A program made the translations under genes and the position numbers. A stretch of DNA of 64,000 nucleotides, from assembly GCA_016288635.1 (NCBI GenBank), contig JAEEKZ010000018.1, positions 8,650-72,649 on the forward strand, written 5' to 3'. This DNA comes from Bacillales bacterium. GTDB lineage: Bacteria > Bacillota_I > Bacilli_A > RF39 > UBA660. Numbering within the stretch: position 1 is the stretch's first letter; every line of letters begins with the position of its first letter. The notes under the pieces are model-generated. The model saw nothing but the letters and a program-made list of their open reading frames with translations, had not been told where the DNA came from and searched no databases. Positions 39,026 to 46,839 of this stretch are shown one piece after another.

Positions 39026-40678
39026 ATGGAAGCTTTAGCTATTAGTGCAGCAAATTTAGATGTAATAGAAAAAAATATGAATGACGTCGCAAAATCATTA
39101 GGCGGCGTTATTTCTAATGTAAATTATGTTAATTCTCATGTTGCAGAAATTGAAAATAAAGTTGTAGGCTTAAACGATGAAATTAAGAAGCTTGTTGATG
39201 AAATAAGAGAGAATTCAATCGTTAGTAATGCAAGACAATCTATTATGATGAACAATAGTATCTTAGAAAAGAAATTTGGATATTATGATAGTGTTAGAAG
39301 AGCTGCTTCTTCACTAGCTAGTTCTATTAATAAGTCTAAGATTAGTAGATCTTATCTTCAAAAAATAAGATATGATGTTTTATTAAACAATCCGAATTAT
39401 TGGCTTTCTAATGCATATGCTGCTGTTTGTGATTGGTTGATTAATGATAAGGCAAGTTGTGATATTGAAGTTAAAAATGCGCTTAATCAAGATGCTAATA
39501 AAACTTCATTATTCTTTGCTATGCTTTATGTTAAGCTTGATAGAGAGAATGTTGCTTGCAAATGGTTAAGTAAGTATCTATCTACACTTAACCCTTTAAA
39601 ACTAAATGATGATTTTGCATATATTTTTGATTTAATTGCTAATGGAGCTTTTGGTAGTTCAGGATTAGCAATTTTAAAAGAAACTATTGACGGATGGGAT
39701 ACTAGACTAGCTTCAGATGTAAGCGTTCAAAAGGAAGCAATTAATTTTTGGGAATCTTATATAAATTTAGCGAGAAAAGCACATGCCGTACCTTTTTTAA
39801 AATATGTTGATAAAGGTAATGACATCTTGAATAATATAGAAATATCTGAGTTATATGGTGAAATTACAAATAATTTAGAATATATTTTGAATTATGAAGG
39901 CAATAAGAAGAGTCTTGATGATTTATTATATGAAGTATTATTTTCATCTGAAAAGAATGAAAAAGTATATAGAAAAGATAACTTAATGAACCAATTAATT
40001 ATTGAAAATAATGGTGATAGAGAAAAAGCAAAAGAATTATTTGATAAACAAGAAGCAGTTTATGATGAAGAAATGAACTTTCATTTGCTATGCAGTAATA
40101 TAGTTATTAATTTTAATAGATATGAAGTAAGTGGACAAGCTAGAGTTCTTGCGTTGTCATATGTAAAAAAATATATATTTGATGTTTTTCAATATTTCAA
40201 TAGTCAGATCAATAACGATCCTATTAAATTAACATTTTCAGATTTTTCAACTGAAACTGTTGATGGAAGTAATATCAATGAAGCTAAAAATGAATTAGTT
40301 ATGTTTGCCGAAAAGAAATATCCTGTTAATTATAAAAATAATGTGATTATTATTGCAGTAGTTACAATAGTTGGTATTATTGCGCTTGCATTTGCATCAC
40401 AAAATATGATTTTGGTGGCTGCTATATGTTGTGTATTTGTTATAGTAGATTTAGTTTGTGTTTATAATATATTAAAGGATCTAAATGCAAAAAAAGAATT
40501 AAGAGGCAAATTAATTAATGTATATGGTTCTGTTTTAGAGAAAAGTTTTGCGGAGATTACTGATTATAAACGTGGACTTGAAGAAAAGAAACAAGATTAT
40601 CAAAAACTTGTTACATTGCTAGATGGTTTAAATGCAACAAATTCTTTTGCTTCAAGTGATAGAAATGTTCAAATATAG
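39026..40678 (+). CDS. hypothetical protein with N-terminal coiled-coil and C-proximal TM hairpin
   Basis: 550 aa, SD AGGAGG, 2-nt gap to the upstream ORF. It has a heptad-like N-terminus (VAEIENKVVGLNDEIKKLVDEIRE). Two adjacent hydrophobic helices lie at about aa 435-480. No family recognised. Confidence 0.7.
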   Translation: MEALAISAANLDVIEKNMNDVAKSLGGVISNVNYVNSHVAEIENKVVGLNDEIKKLVDEIRENSIVSNARQSIMMNNSILEKKFGYYDSVRRAASSLASSINKSKISRSYLQKIRYDVLLNNPNYWLSNAYAAVCDWLINDKASCDIEVKNALNQDANKTSLFFAMLYVKLDRENVACKWLSKYLSTLNPLKLNDDFAYIFDLIANGAFGSSGLAILKETIDGWDTRLASDVSVQKEAINFWESYINLARKAHAVPFLKYVDKGNDILNNIEISELYGEITNNLEYILNYEGNKKSLDDLLYEVLFSSEKNEKVYRKDNLMNQLIIENNGDREKAKELFDKQEAVYDEEMNFHLLCSNIVINFNRYEVSGQARVLALSYVKKYIFDVFQYFNSQINNDPIKLTFSDFSTETVDGSNINEAKNELVMFAEKKYPVNYKNNVIIIAVVTIVGIIALAFASQNMILVAAICCVFVIVDLVCVYNILKDLNAKKELRGKLINVYGSVLEKSFAEITDYKRGLEEKKQDYQKLVTLLDGLNATNSFASSDRNVQI

Positions 40679-40687
40679 GAGATTCAA

Positions 40688-40900
40688 ATGGAAGAAGGAA
40701 TTAAAGTATTAGGAGATAACAATCCTGGAATTAAACCAGTTACGGATAATATTGTTGAAAGTAAACCAGTAGATAATGATGGAATCAAGCCCGTTAGCGT
40801 TAATCAGAATGTTAATACACAAGTTGCTGGTTCAAATGACGATTATATTGAAGGAATTCCGGATTGGAGTATAGAGCCTGAAGTTCTAATTAAGAGGTAG
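40688..40900 (+). CDS. small hypothetical protein with GIKP(V) repeats
   Basis: 70 aa, SD AGGAG upstream. It has EGIKVLGDN / PGIKPVTDN / DGIKPVSVN repeats and a conserved-looking tail GIPDWSIEPEVLIKR. No TM. Confidence 0.55.
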   Translation: MEEGIKVLGDNNPGIKPVTDNIVESKPVDNDGIKPVSVNQNVNTQVAGSNDDYIEGIPDWSIEPEVLIKR

Positions 40901-40902
40901 CT

Positions 40903-41346
40903 ATGACATATAATGATTGGCTAGATTTTATAAAAAAAATAGAAACAAGTAAATTATCCGATGATATGTTAGATGTTATTAAGAATAATCAGTTAAATGA
41001 TAGTTTTAAAGAAAATGTTCTTACGAAGATGGATGAAGCAATTTATAAAAGACTTTCTACTGCTACGGAAAACATAGCTTCTAAACTTACTTATTTGTTT
41101 GAAGATGAATATTTAATGGAAATGCAGTTGGTTATATTTAAAAAAGAAACAAACATTTTATATAAAATAGTAAAATCAGGGATCTTTCCTCAAGAATATG
41201 TTGAAAAAAGAACAGAACAAATAAGAGATGACGTTGATAAAATATTTGATATTTTATATAACGAAGCAAATAAGATTGATTTTTCAGGTGTTTTAGGAAT
41301 GTCAATAAAAAATAATAGAATAAGGTGGGATAAAGATGAATTATAG
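40903..41346 (+). CDS. hypothetical soluble protein
   Basis: 147 aa, helical-looking. It lies 2 nt after the previous stop and its 3' end overlaps the AAA+ gene by 11 nt. Confidence 0.6.
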   Translation: MTYNDWLDFIKKIETSKLSDDMLDVIKNNQLNDSFKENVLTKMDEAIYKRLSTATENIASKLTYLFEDEYLMEMQLVIFKKETNILYKIVKSGIFPQEYVEKRTEQIRDDVDKIFDILYNEANKIDFSGVLGMSIKNNRIRWDKDEL

Positions 41347-42853
41347 TGAGGTAAAAGAATATTTAGTAAGATATTTAAAAGCAAGAATACCTGTTATTAT
41401 TGTTAATACTGTTGAAAAAGAACGTGTTATTAGAATGCTTAAGGAAATAAGTGGTGAAGCCTCTACAAAGTTTTCTTTATATCAGATGGCAACTGGAGTT
41501 AGCGATTTAGTAACTGGTGATGTTTTATCTGATGAAAAAATGATAATGGGTGTTTTGGATTATGTTAGTTCAGAAATTAAATATCAAAGCAACTATAATT
41601 TTGTTATGGCTGATGTTTCAGACATTAGTTCTCCATCTACTGTTTCAAGATATTTATTAGACTTAATAAATAAATTTGAAGTTACTTCAAGTACTTTAAT
41701 TATTATTTCTAATGAACCTATTTGGAATAATATTTCAAGAATGGGTATAACATTATCATTAGATTATCCTAATTATGATGAATCTGAAACAACTATTAAA
41801 AAATTAGTTGAAAGATATAGAAGCCAAATTAATGTTGAATGGGACGATATGGATTATAAAAACGTTGCTATTTATTTACATGGTTTGAGTGAAATGGAAA
41901 TAAAAAACATTATAATGTCATTAATTGTAAAAGGTAGTGTTACAAAAGAAGATTTAAAAGAATTAAAGTATGCAAAAAGAGATCTATTTACTGATATTGC
42001 AGGACTAGAAGTTGTCGATGTTGATGATGATTTTGAAGTTGCTGGTTTGGAAATATTAAAAGAATGGCTTTATGAGAAAAAAGTGTTTATGAATTCTGAG
42101 AAAAGAGAGGAACTAGAAAATAGAGGTATGACTTCTCCAAGAGGAATACTTTTAGTTGGTGTTCCTGGATGTGGAAAGAGTTTATGTTCTAAAGCAGCTG
42201 CCAATATTTTAAATGTTCCTTTATATAGACTAGATCTTGCTACTGTTCAAGGACAATATGTTGGTCAGTCTGAAGCTCAATTAAAAGAAGCTTTGGATAC
42301 TGCAGAATTCGTTTCTCCTTGTGTTTTATGGATTGATGAAATTGAAAAAGGTTTAAAACAAGGAAATGGAAATAGTACAACAACAAAAATGATAGGACAA
42401 TTCTTATTCTGGCTACAGGAATGTAGAAAACCCGTATTTGTTGTTGCAACCGCAAACAGCATTGAAGATTTACCTCCTGAACTTGTTCGTAAGGGAAGAT
42501 TTGATGAAATATTCTTTGTTGATTTACCAAATAGAGTTGAAAGAAAAGAAGTTATAAAATTATACTCTAAGAAATATCTTAAGATTGAACTTGGAGATTC
42601 GTTTATGAATAAGTTATTAGATATAACAGAAGGATTCGCATCAAGTGATATCGAATCCACAATAAGAGCAATTGCTTATAAAATTATTTCTAATCCTGAA
42701 ATTCAATTAACTGAAGCGTTAATAGAGAGTGAATTATCTAAGGTTTATTCTCTTCAAAAAACTAATCCAGAAAAGATTAAGGCAATTAGAGATTGGGGTA
42801 ATAGTAGAGCTACAAAGGCTTCAAAAGAAGATACTACTTTTGAAACTTTGTAG
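41336..42853 (+). CDS. Ycf46-like AAA+ ATPase (degenerate N-terminal domain + canonical C-terminal AAA module)
   Basis: N-terminus YLKARIPVIIVNTVEKERV resembles the Ycf46 opening (ARYPLIY..T.EE.R). The C-terminal module has Walker A GVPGCGKS, VGQSE, Walker B CVLWIDEIEK and VVATANSIEDLPPELVRKGRFDE. Confidence 0.7.
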   Translation: MNYSEVKEYLVRYLKARIPVIIVNTVEKERVIRMLKEISGEASTKFSLYQMATGVSDLVTGDVLSDEKMIMGVLDYVSSEIKYQSNYNFVMADVSDISSPSTVSRYLLDLINKFEVTSSTLIIISNEPIWNNISRMGITLSLDYPNYDESETTIKKLVERYRSQINVEWDDMDYKNVAIYLHGLSEMEIKNIIMSLIVKGSVTKEDLKELKYAKRDLFTDIAGLEVVDVDDDFEVAGLEILKEWLYEKKVFMNSEKREELENRGMTSPRGILLVGVPGCGKSLCSKAAANILNVPLYRLDLATVQGQYVGQSEAQLKEALDTAEFVSPCVLWIDEIEKGLKQGNGNSTTTKMIGQFLFWLQECRKPVFVVATANSIEDLPPELVRKGRFDEIFFVDLPNRVERKEVIKLYSKKYLKIELGDSFMNKLLDITEGFASSDIESTIRAIAYKIISNPEIQLTEALIESELSKVYSLQKTNPEKIKAIRDWGNSRATKASKEDTTFETL

Positions 42854-42869
42854 TTTTTTTCACATTTAA

Positions 42870-42898
42870 TTGAAAATTATGGGTTTTAATTATATAAT
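42870..42898 (+). promoter_or_regulatory. near-consensus sigma-A promoter in front of the T4SS-like module
   Basis: TTGAAA (42870-42875), 17 nt, TATAAT (42893-42898). I see no terminator hairpin between the AAA+ stop and this promoter. Confidence 0.65.
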
Positions 42899-42928
42899 GT
42901 TACTATGATAAGTATACGAGGTGTTGAT

Positions 42929-43378
42929 ATGACAAATTATAAAAAAATAATGAAGGGGATATTTTATATGATATCTTTCCTTTTAATTGTGACTCCAGGA
43001 ACTTTATATGCAGCAACAACCAAACCTTTCGTTTTTTGTGAGGGAAATGTTTTGGTAGCATTTAGAATTTTAGGATTAGTTATTGCGTTTGTTAAAATTG
43101 GAGTTCCTATACTTTTAATGGTTTTAACAACAATCAATGTATTTAAAGCAATGTTAGCTGGTGATGATAAAGATTATAAAGGCTCTGCAACATTATTTGG
43201 TAAGAGATTATTAATTTCGCTTATTATTTTTATATTGCCTTCTATTATTGATGGAGTTCTAAGTATCGTTTCTAAAGATTATAATAATGTATCATTGAGC
43301 GAAGGATCAAGTGATAGTTTTGCAGCGTGCACTAAATGTATGTTAAATGTTGATTCTTGTCCTCAAAAAATTGGATAG
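42929..43378 (+). CDS. small secreted/membrane protein with VirB2/TrbC-like topology (copy 1)
   Basis: Signal peptide ending LYA-ATT, then two TM helices separated by a charged loop (KAMLAGDDKDYKGS). ATG 42929 with SD GAGGTG is preferred over 42905. Confidence 0.4.
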   Translation: MTNYKKIMKGIFYMISFLLIVTPGTLYAATTKPFVFCEGNVLVAFRILGLVIAFVKIGVPILLMVLTTINVFKAMLAGDDKDYKGSATLFGKRLLISLIIFILPSIIDGVLSIVSKDYNNVSLSEGSSDSFAACTKCMLNVDSCPQKIG

Positions 43379-43398
43379 GATGATTAATTGGAGGAAAA

Positions 43399-43788
43399 AT
43401 GAAAAAGAAAGATTTAAGATTTTTGTTAATTTTGATTATTTGCATTTTATTGGTTCCTATTGTTGTTCATGCTGACGCAGTAGCTAGTTGTAATACATTA
43501 TTGGGAAATCCTAAAAATCCAGATGAGCCAGCATATTATGTTAATATGGCTTTTCAGCTTATAAAATATGTATGTATGGTTTTGCTTCTTATATATTCGA
43601 CTATAGATTTTGCGAAAGCGTTAACAACAGAAGATCAAGCGGCTTTAAAAAATGCTGGTTTGAAGTCTGGAAAAAGAGTTATTTATTTAATAGTATTGTT
43701 TTTTCTTCCAACTTTAATATTCACTATTTTTGAATGGCTTGGTATTGTAAGTGCATCTGATTGCAGTCCAATGCTATCAGGAAATTAG
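43399..43788 (+). CDS. small secreted/membrane protein with VirB2/TrbC-like topology (copy 2)
   Basis: 129 aa with a signal peptide ending VHA-DAV and two TM helices separated by the loop AKALTTEDQAALKNAGLKSGKR. Same architecture as copy 1. Confidence 0.4.
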   Translation: MKKKDLRFLLILIICILLVPIVVHADAVASCNTLLGNPKNPDEPAYYVNMAFQLIKYVCMVLLLIYSTIDFAKALTTEDQAALKNAGLKSGKRVIYLIVLFFLPTLIFTIFEWLGIVSASDCSPMLSGN

Positions 43789-43798
43789 TAGGTGTATT

Positions 43799-46700
43799 AT
43801 GAATAAATATATATGGTCATTAGGATTGCTTGATGGAATTATAAATTGGTTTAATGATGCTTTAGGAGATGTATCCCATTTTTTTCATTGTGTCATTAAA
43901 GGAATCACAACTAATCTACATTTAGGATTAATTGATTTTTCTATGTTTGTTGATAATCTATTTATGTATGTATCTTCATATTTTATTAGGCTATTTACGG
44001 CATTAGCTTCTATTCGACTTTTTCAAGATGATAATACTGTTTATAACGATTTAGCAAAAAAAGTGTATGTTTTTATGGTTTTTCTTATGTTCTTTATTTT
44101 GGCATACAATCTTATATATCATGTTATAGATCCTGATAATAAAAATTCTAAAGTTGGTACTCCTGGTCAAACTGCAAAGAAAATTGTTATTGCCTTGATT
44201 GGTATTTTATTTGCACCAACGGCTTTCAATTTTTTAGGAAATGTCCAAACAGCGATAGTTAAGTATAATACTATTGGTAAGTTAATATTCCCTGATCAGG
44301 CTTCTAATAGCGGTGCAGAGGATGCTGCTGATTCAGCAATTGCAGATATCTATAAAGCATTTGTTTATCCAACAGAAGATCCGAATTCAAACCCTAAATT
44401 GATTAAAAAAGAACTTGTTGTTGGTTTTATTGAAAGTTGTGGTATATGTAATGATATGGATCATTATTACCATGATGGAGAGCCAGATCATTACGGTGGC
44501 GTTGCTGCGTGTAAAAGTCCAAACATATTTTCTGACTTTACATATGAGTCTGTATTTGTAGAAGCCAGAACAGAACATAATTTTTTCCTACTACATGGTT
44601 ATTTGTCACCAAATGTGTTGGTTCAAAATAAAATTGCAACAATGGAATCACAAGTTCATGGTGGTTGGAAGGCTGATGTATATAGAAATAATGGTTTAAC
44701 ATATATACCAGGGGTTCCTTTAATTGTGTTTATTTATTTGTGTTATACAGTATTCTTATTCTTATTTGATTTAGCTTTAAGAATGTTTAATTTATTTTTC
44801 TTGGAGATTATGTCACCAATTGCGTTTGGGATGTATTTACTTCCTCCGTCTAAAGATAAAATGTTTAATACTTGGTTAAGCGCTTATTTTAAAACGTATG
44901 CCTTAGTATTTGTTAAAATGTTATTTCTTTTCATGATGCTTTGGTTAATGCAAAAAACTGTAGAAGCTAATGGTATTATTGCTACTATAATGAGCAGTTT
45001 ATCTTCTGCTTTAGCGGGTATGTCTTTCTTTACTAAGATTTTCTTAACGGTAATTATATTATGCGGTTTATTTAGATTTATTAATAATTTACCTAAATTC
45101 TTGAAAGATTCATTTGGCTTTGATATTAATTCAATGGGTAAATCTAGTGCTAAAGCTATATTTGGCGATATTAAGGAAGGATTTGCTAAAACTAAAAAAG
45201 CAGTTACTGCTCCTTATCATGCTACAAAAAAAGCAGCTGGTCATGCCGCTGGTGCATATGGTGGTGCTAGATATGGTCTAAAGAAGATTAAGGACAATAT
45301 GAAAAATGCCAAAACCACTACTGGTAAAATGAAAGGATTTATGTCTGGGTTAAATGCTCTTAGACATTCTACAGCAGCTGGAATGAAGGCGGAAAATGCC
45401 AGAGCTGGTGTTTTAGCTGGTCAAGCCGCATATCAAGAAAGACAACAAGCATGGAGAAATGAAAAGAATGCTTGGAAAAATATGTTTGCCAATGTTGAGG
45501 AATCTTTAAAGCATATTAAAATTTCTACTGATGGTTTTAGAGATCAAATTAAAATTGTTCTTGAAAATAATAGTGCAAATATTGCTCAAGCAGATGGTGT
45601 TGTTCAAAAAAATATGGATAATGCAAAATTAGCAAAGGTTGTTACAGATAAAGCTGGTGGCAAAGTTGCTAGACTTAGCGATGATCAAATTAGTGCTTGT
45701 ACGGCTAGGGCTAATGATATGGATAAAGAAATTGAAGCAGCTGATTCAGATTTTGCTGCTGCAACTGCATTGCAAACTGCTGCGCAAAATGGCTTTGTTG
45801 TTGCGGACCAAAAAGCAGAGGCTGACTTCCGTACTGAGTTAATTCAAGCAAGGAATGCTTATAAAGCAAGAGTTGGTAGAGAACTTACTGCTGCAGAGGA
45901 AGAAAATGTAGCGACTGGAGTTGTTAATAAGTTTAAGAATGCTAATAGAATTGTTCACTCAACTAATTCTGCACAAACTCAATCTGCGATTTCTGCATAT
46001 TCCGGTGTTGCACAGGAAGCTGCTAAAAGAAAAGAAAGTGCTACAAGGGCTCGAGGTCAATATGAGGCTGCATCTAAAGGGGAAATGATATTTACAGATC
46101 ATGCTGTTAAATCTCAATTTGATCAAAAAGTTCAGGCGGCTTATGATAAAGCTAAAGCTGCAAATCCAAATCTTAATGAAGCTAAATTTAAAGCTGATTA
46201 TGGAAGTACGTTGGCACAACAATATATGGAAGCTGGACTAATGATTTCTTCATCTACCACTTTGGGTGCTAGAGAGTCATATGCTCAAGAATTAGCTTAT
46301 ACTCGTTATGAAGATTTATCTGCTGAACAAAAGGCTTTAATGACTGAAGAGGAATATCACGCTCATCAAGCTTCTGCACAACAGCAAGCAGCTATTTTGA
46401 AAGGCGCTGCTGGTGAAATTGCACTCCAATTTGGTACGGATGGTGGAGATCTTGATACTCTTGGATTATCTTCAAAGGATCGACAAGTTCTTGATAATGC
46501 AATTCAAGCACAATTAGCAACTTCTGAAGTTGTTCAAAGTCTAATTAAATCAGGCGATTTGCAAGAAATTAATGATTCTTTAAGTCGAGCTGGGGTTGTA
46601 AGCGATGCACTTGGCGAATTCCCTACGCCAGAAGATGCAAATGATCCGAAAAAACATGCATTCGATGGACAACGTGGTAAAATTGTTACCGAATTTGCAA

Positions 46701-46813
46701 AACAAATGAAGACTGTTGATTCTTATAATACGAAAGTGTCTCAAGAAGAAAAATTATATCAAGCTAAAACTGGTGGTACCGGAGGTTCCAACGGTTCTGG
46801 TGGATCTAAATAG
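43799..46813 (+). CDS. giant polytopic VirB6/TrbL/ConG-like membrane protein with ~520-aa Ala/Gln/Lys-rich C-terminal extension
   Basis: 1004 aa from ATG 43799 (SD TAGGTG). It has multiple TM helices and the core DLALRMFNLFFLEIMSPIAFGMYLLPPSKDKMFNTWL typical of VirB6-like proteins. The C-terminal half is helical and low-complexity, ending GGTGGSNGSGGSK. Confidence 0.55.
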   Translation: MNKYIWSLGLLDGIINWFNDALGDVSHFFHCVIKGITTNLHLGLIDFSMFVDNLFMYVSSYFIRLFTALASIRLFQDDNTVYNDLAKKVYVFMVFLMFFILAYNLIYHVIDPDNKNSKVGTPGQTAKKIVIALIGILFAPTAFNFLGNVQTAIVKYNTIGKLIFPDQASNSGAEDAADSAIADIYKAFVYPTEDPNSNPKLIKKELVVGFIESCGICNDMDHYYHDGEPDHYGGVAACKSPNIFSDFTYESVFVEARTEHNFFLLHGYLSPNVLVQNKIATMESQVHGGWKADVYRNNGLTYIPGVPLIVFIYLCYTVFLFLFDLALRMFNLFFLEIMSPIAFGMYLLPPSKDKMFNTWLSAYFKTYALVFVKMLFLFMMLWLMQKTVEANGIIATIMSSLSSALAGMSFFTKIFLTVIILCGLFRFINNLPKFLKDSFGFDINSMGKSSAKAIFGDIKEGFAKTKKAVTAPYHATKKAAGHAAGAYGGARYGLKKIKDNMKNAKTTTGKMKGFMSGLNALRHSTAAGMKAENARAGVLAGQAAYQERQQAWRNEKNAWKNMFANVEESLKHIKISTDGFRDQIKIVLENNSANIAQADGVVQKNMDNAKLAKVVTDKAGGKVARLSDDQISACTARANDMDKEIEAADSDFAAATALQTAAQNGFVVADQKAEADFRTELIQARNAYKARVGRELTAAEEENVATGVVNKFKNANRIVHSTNSAQTQSAISAYSGVAQEAAKRKESATRARGQYEAASKGEMIFTDHAVKSQFDQKVQAAYDKAKAANPNLNEAKFKADYGSTLAQQYMEAGLMISSSTTLGARESYAQELAYTRYEDLSAEQKALMTEEEYHAHQASAQQQAAILKGAAGEIALQFGTDGGDLDTLGLSSKDRQVLDNAIQAQLATSEVVQSLIKSGDLQEINDSLSRAGVVSDALGEFPTPEDANDPKKHAFDGQRGKIVTEFAKQMKTVDSYNTKVSQEEKLYQAKTGGTGGSNGSGGSK

Positions 46814-46839
46814 TGGTTTGAAAGGAGTAGTGTGAGATT

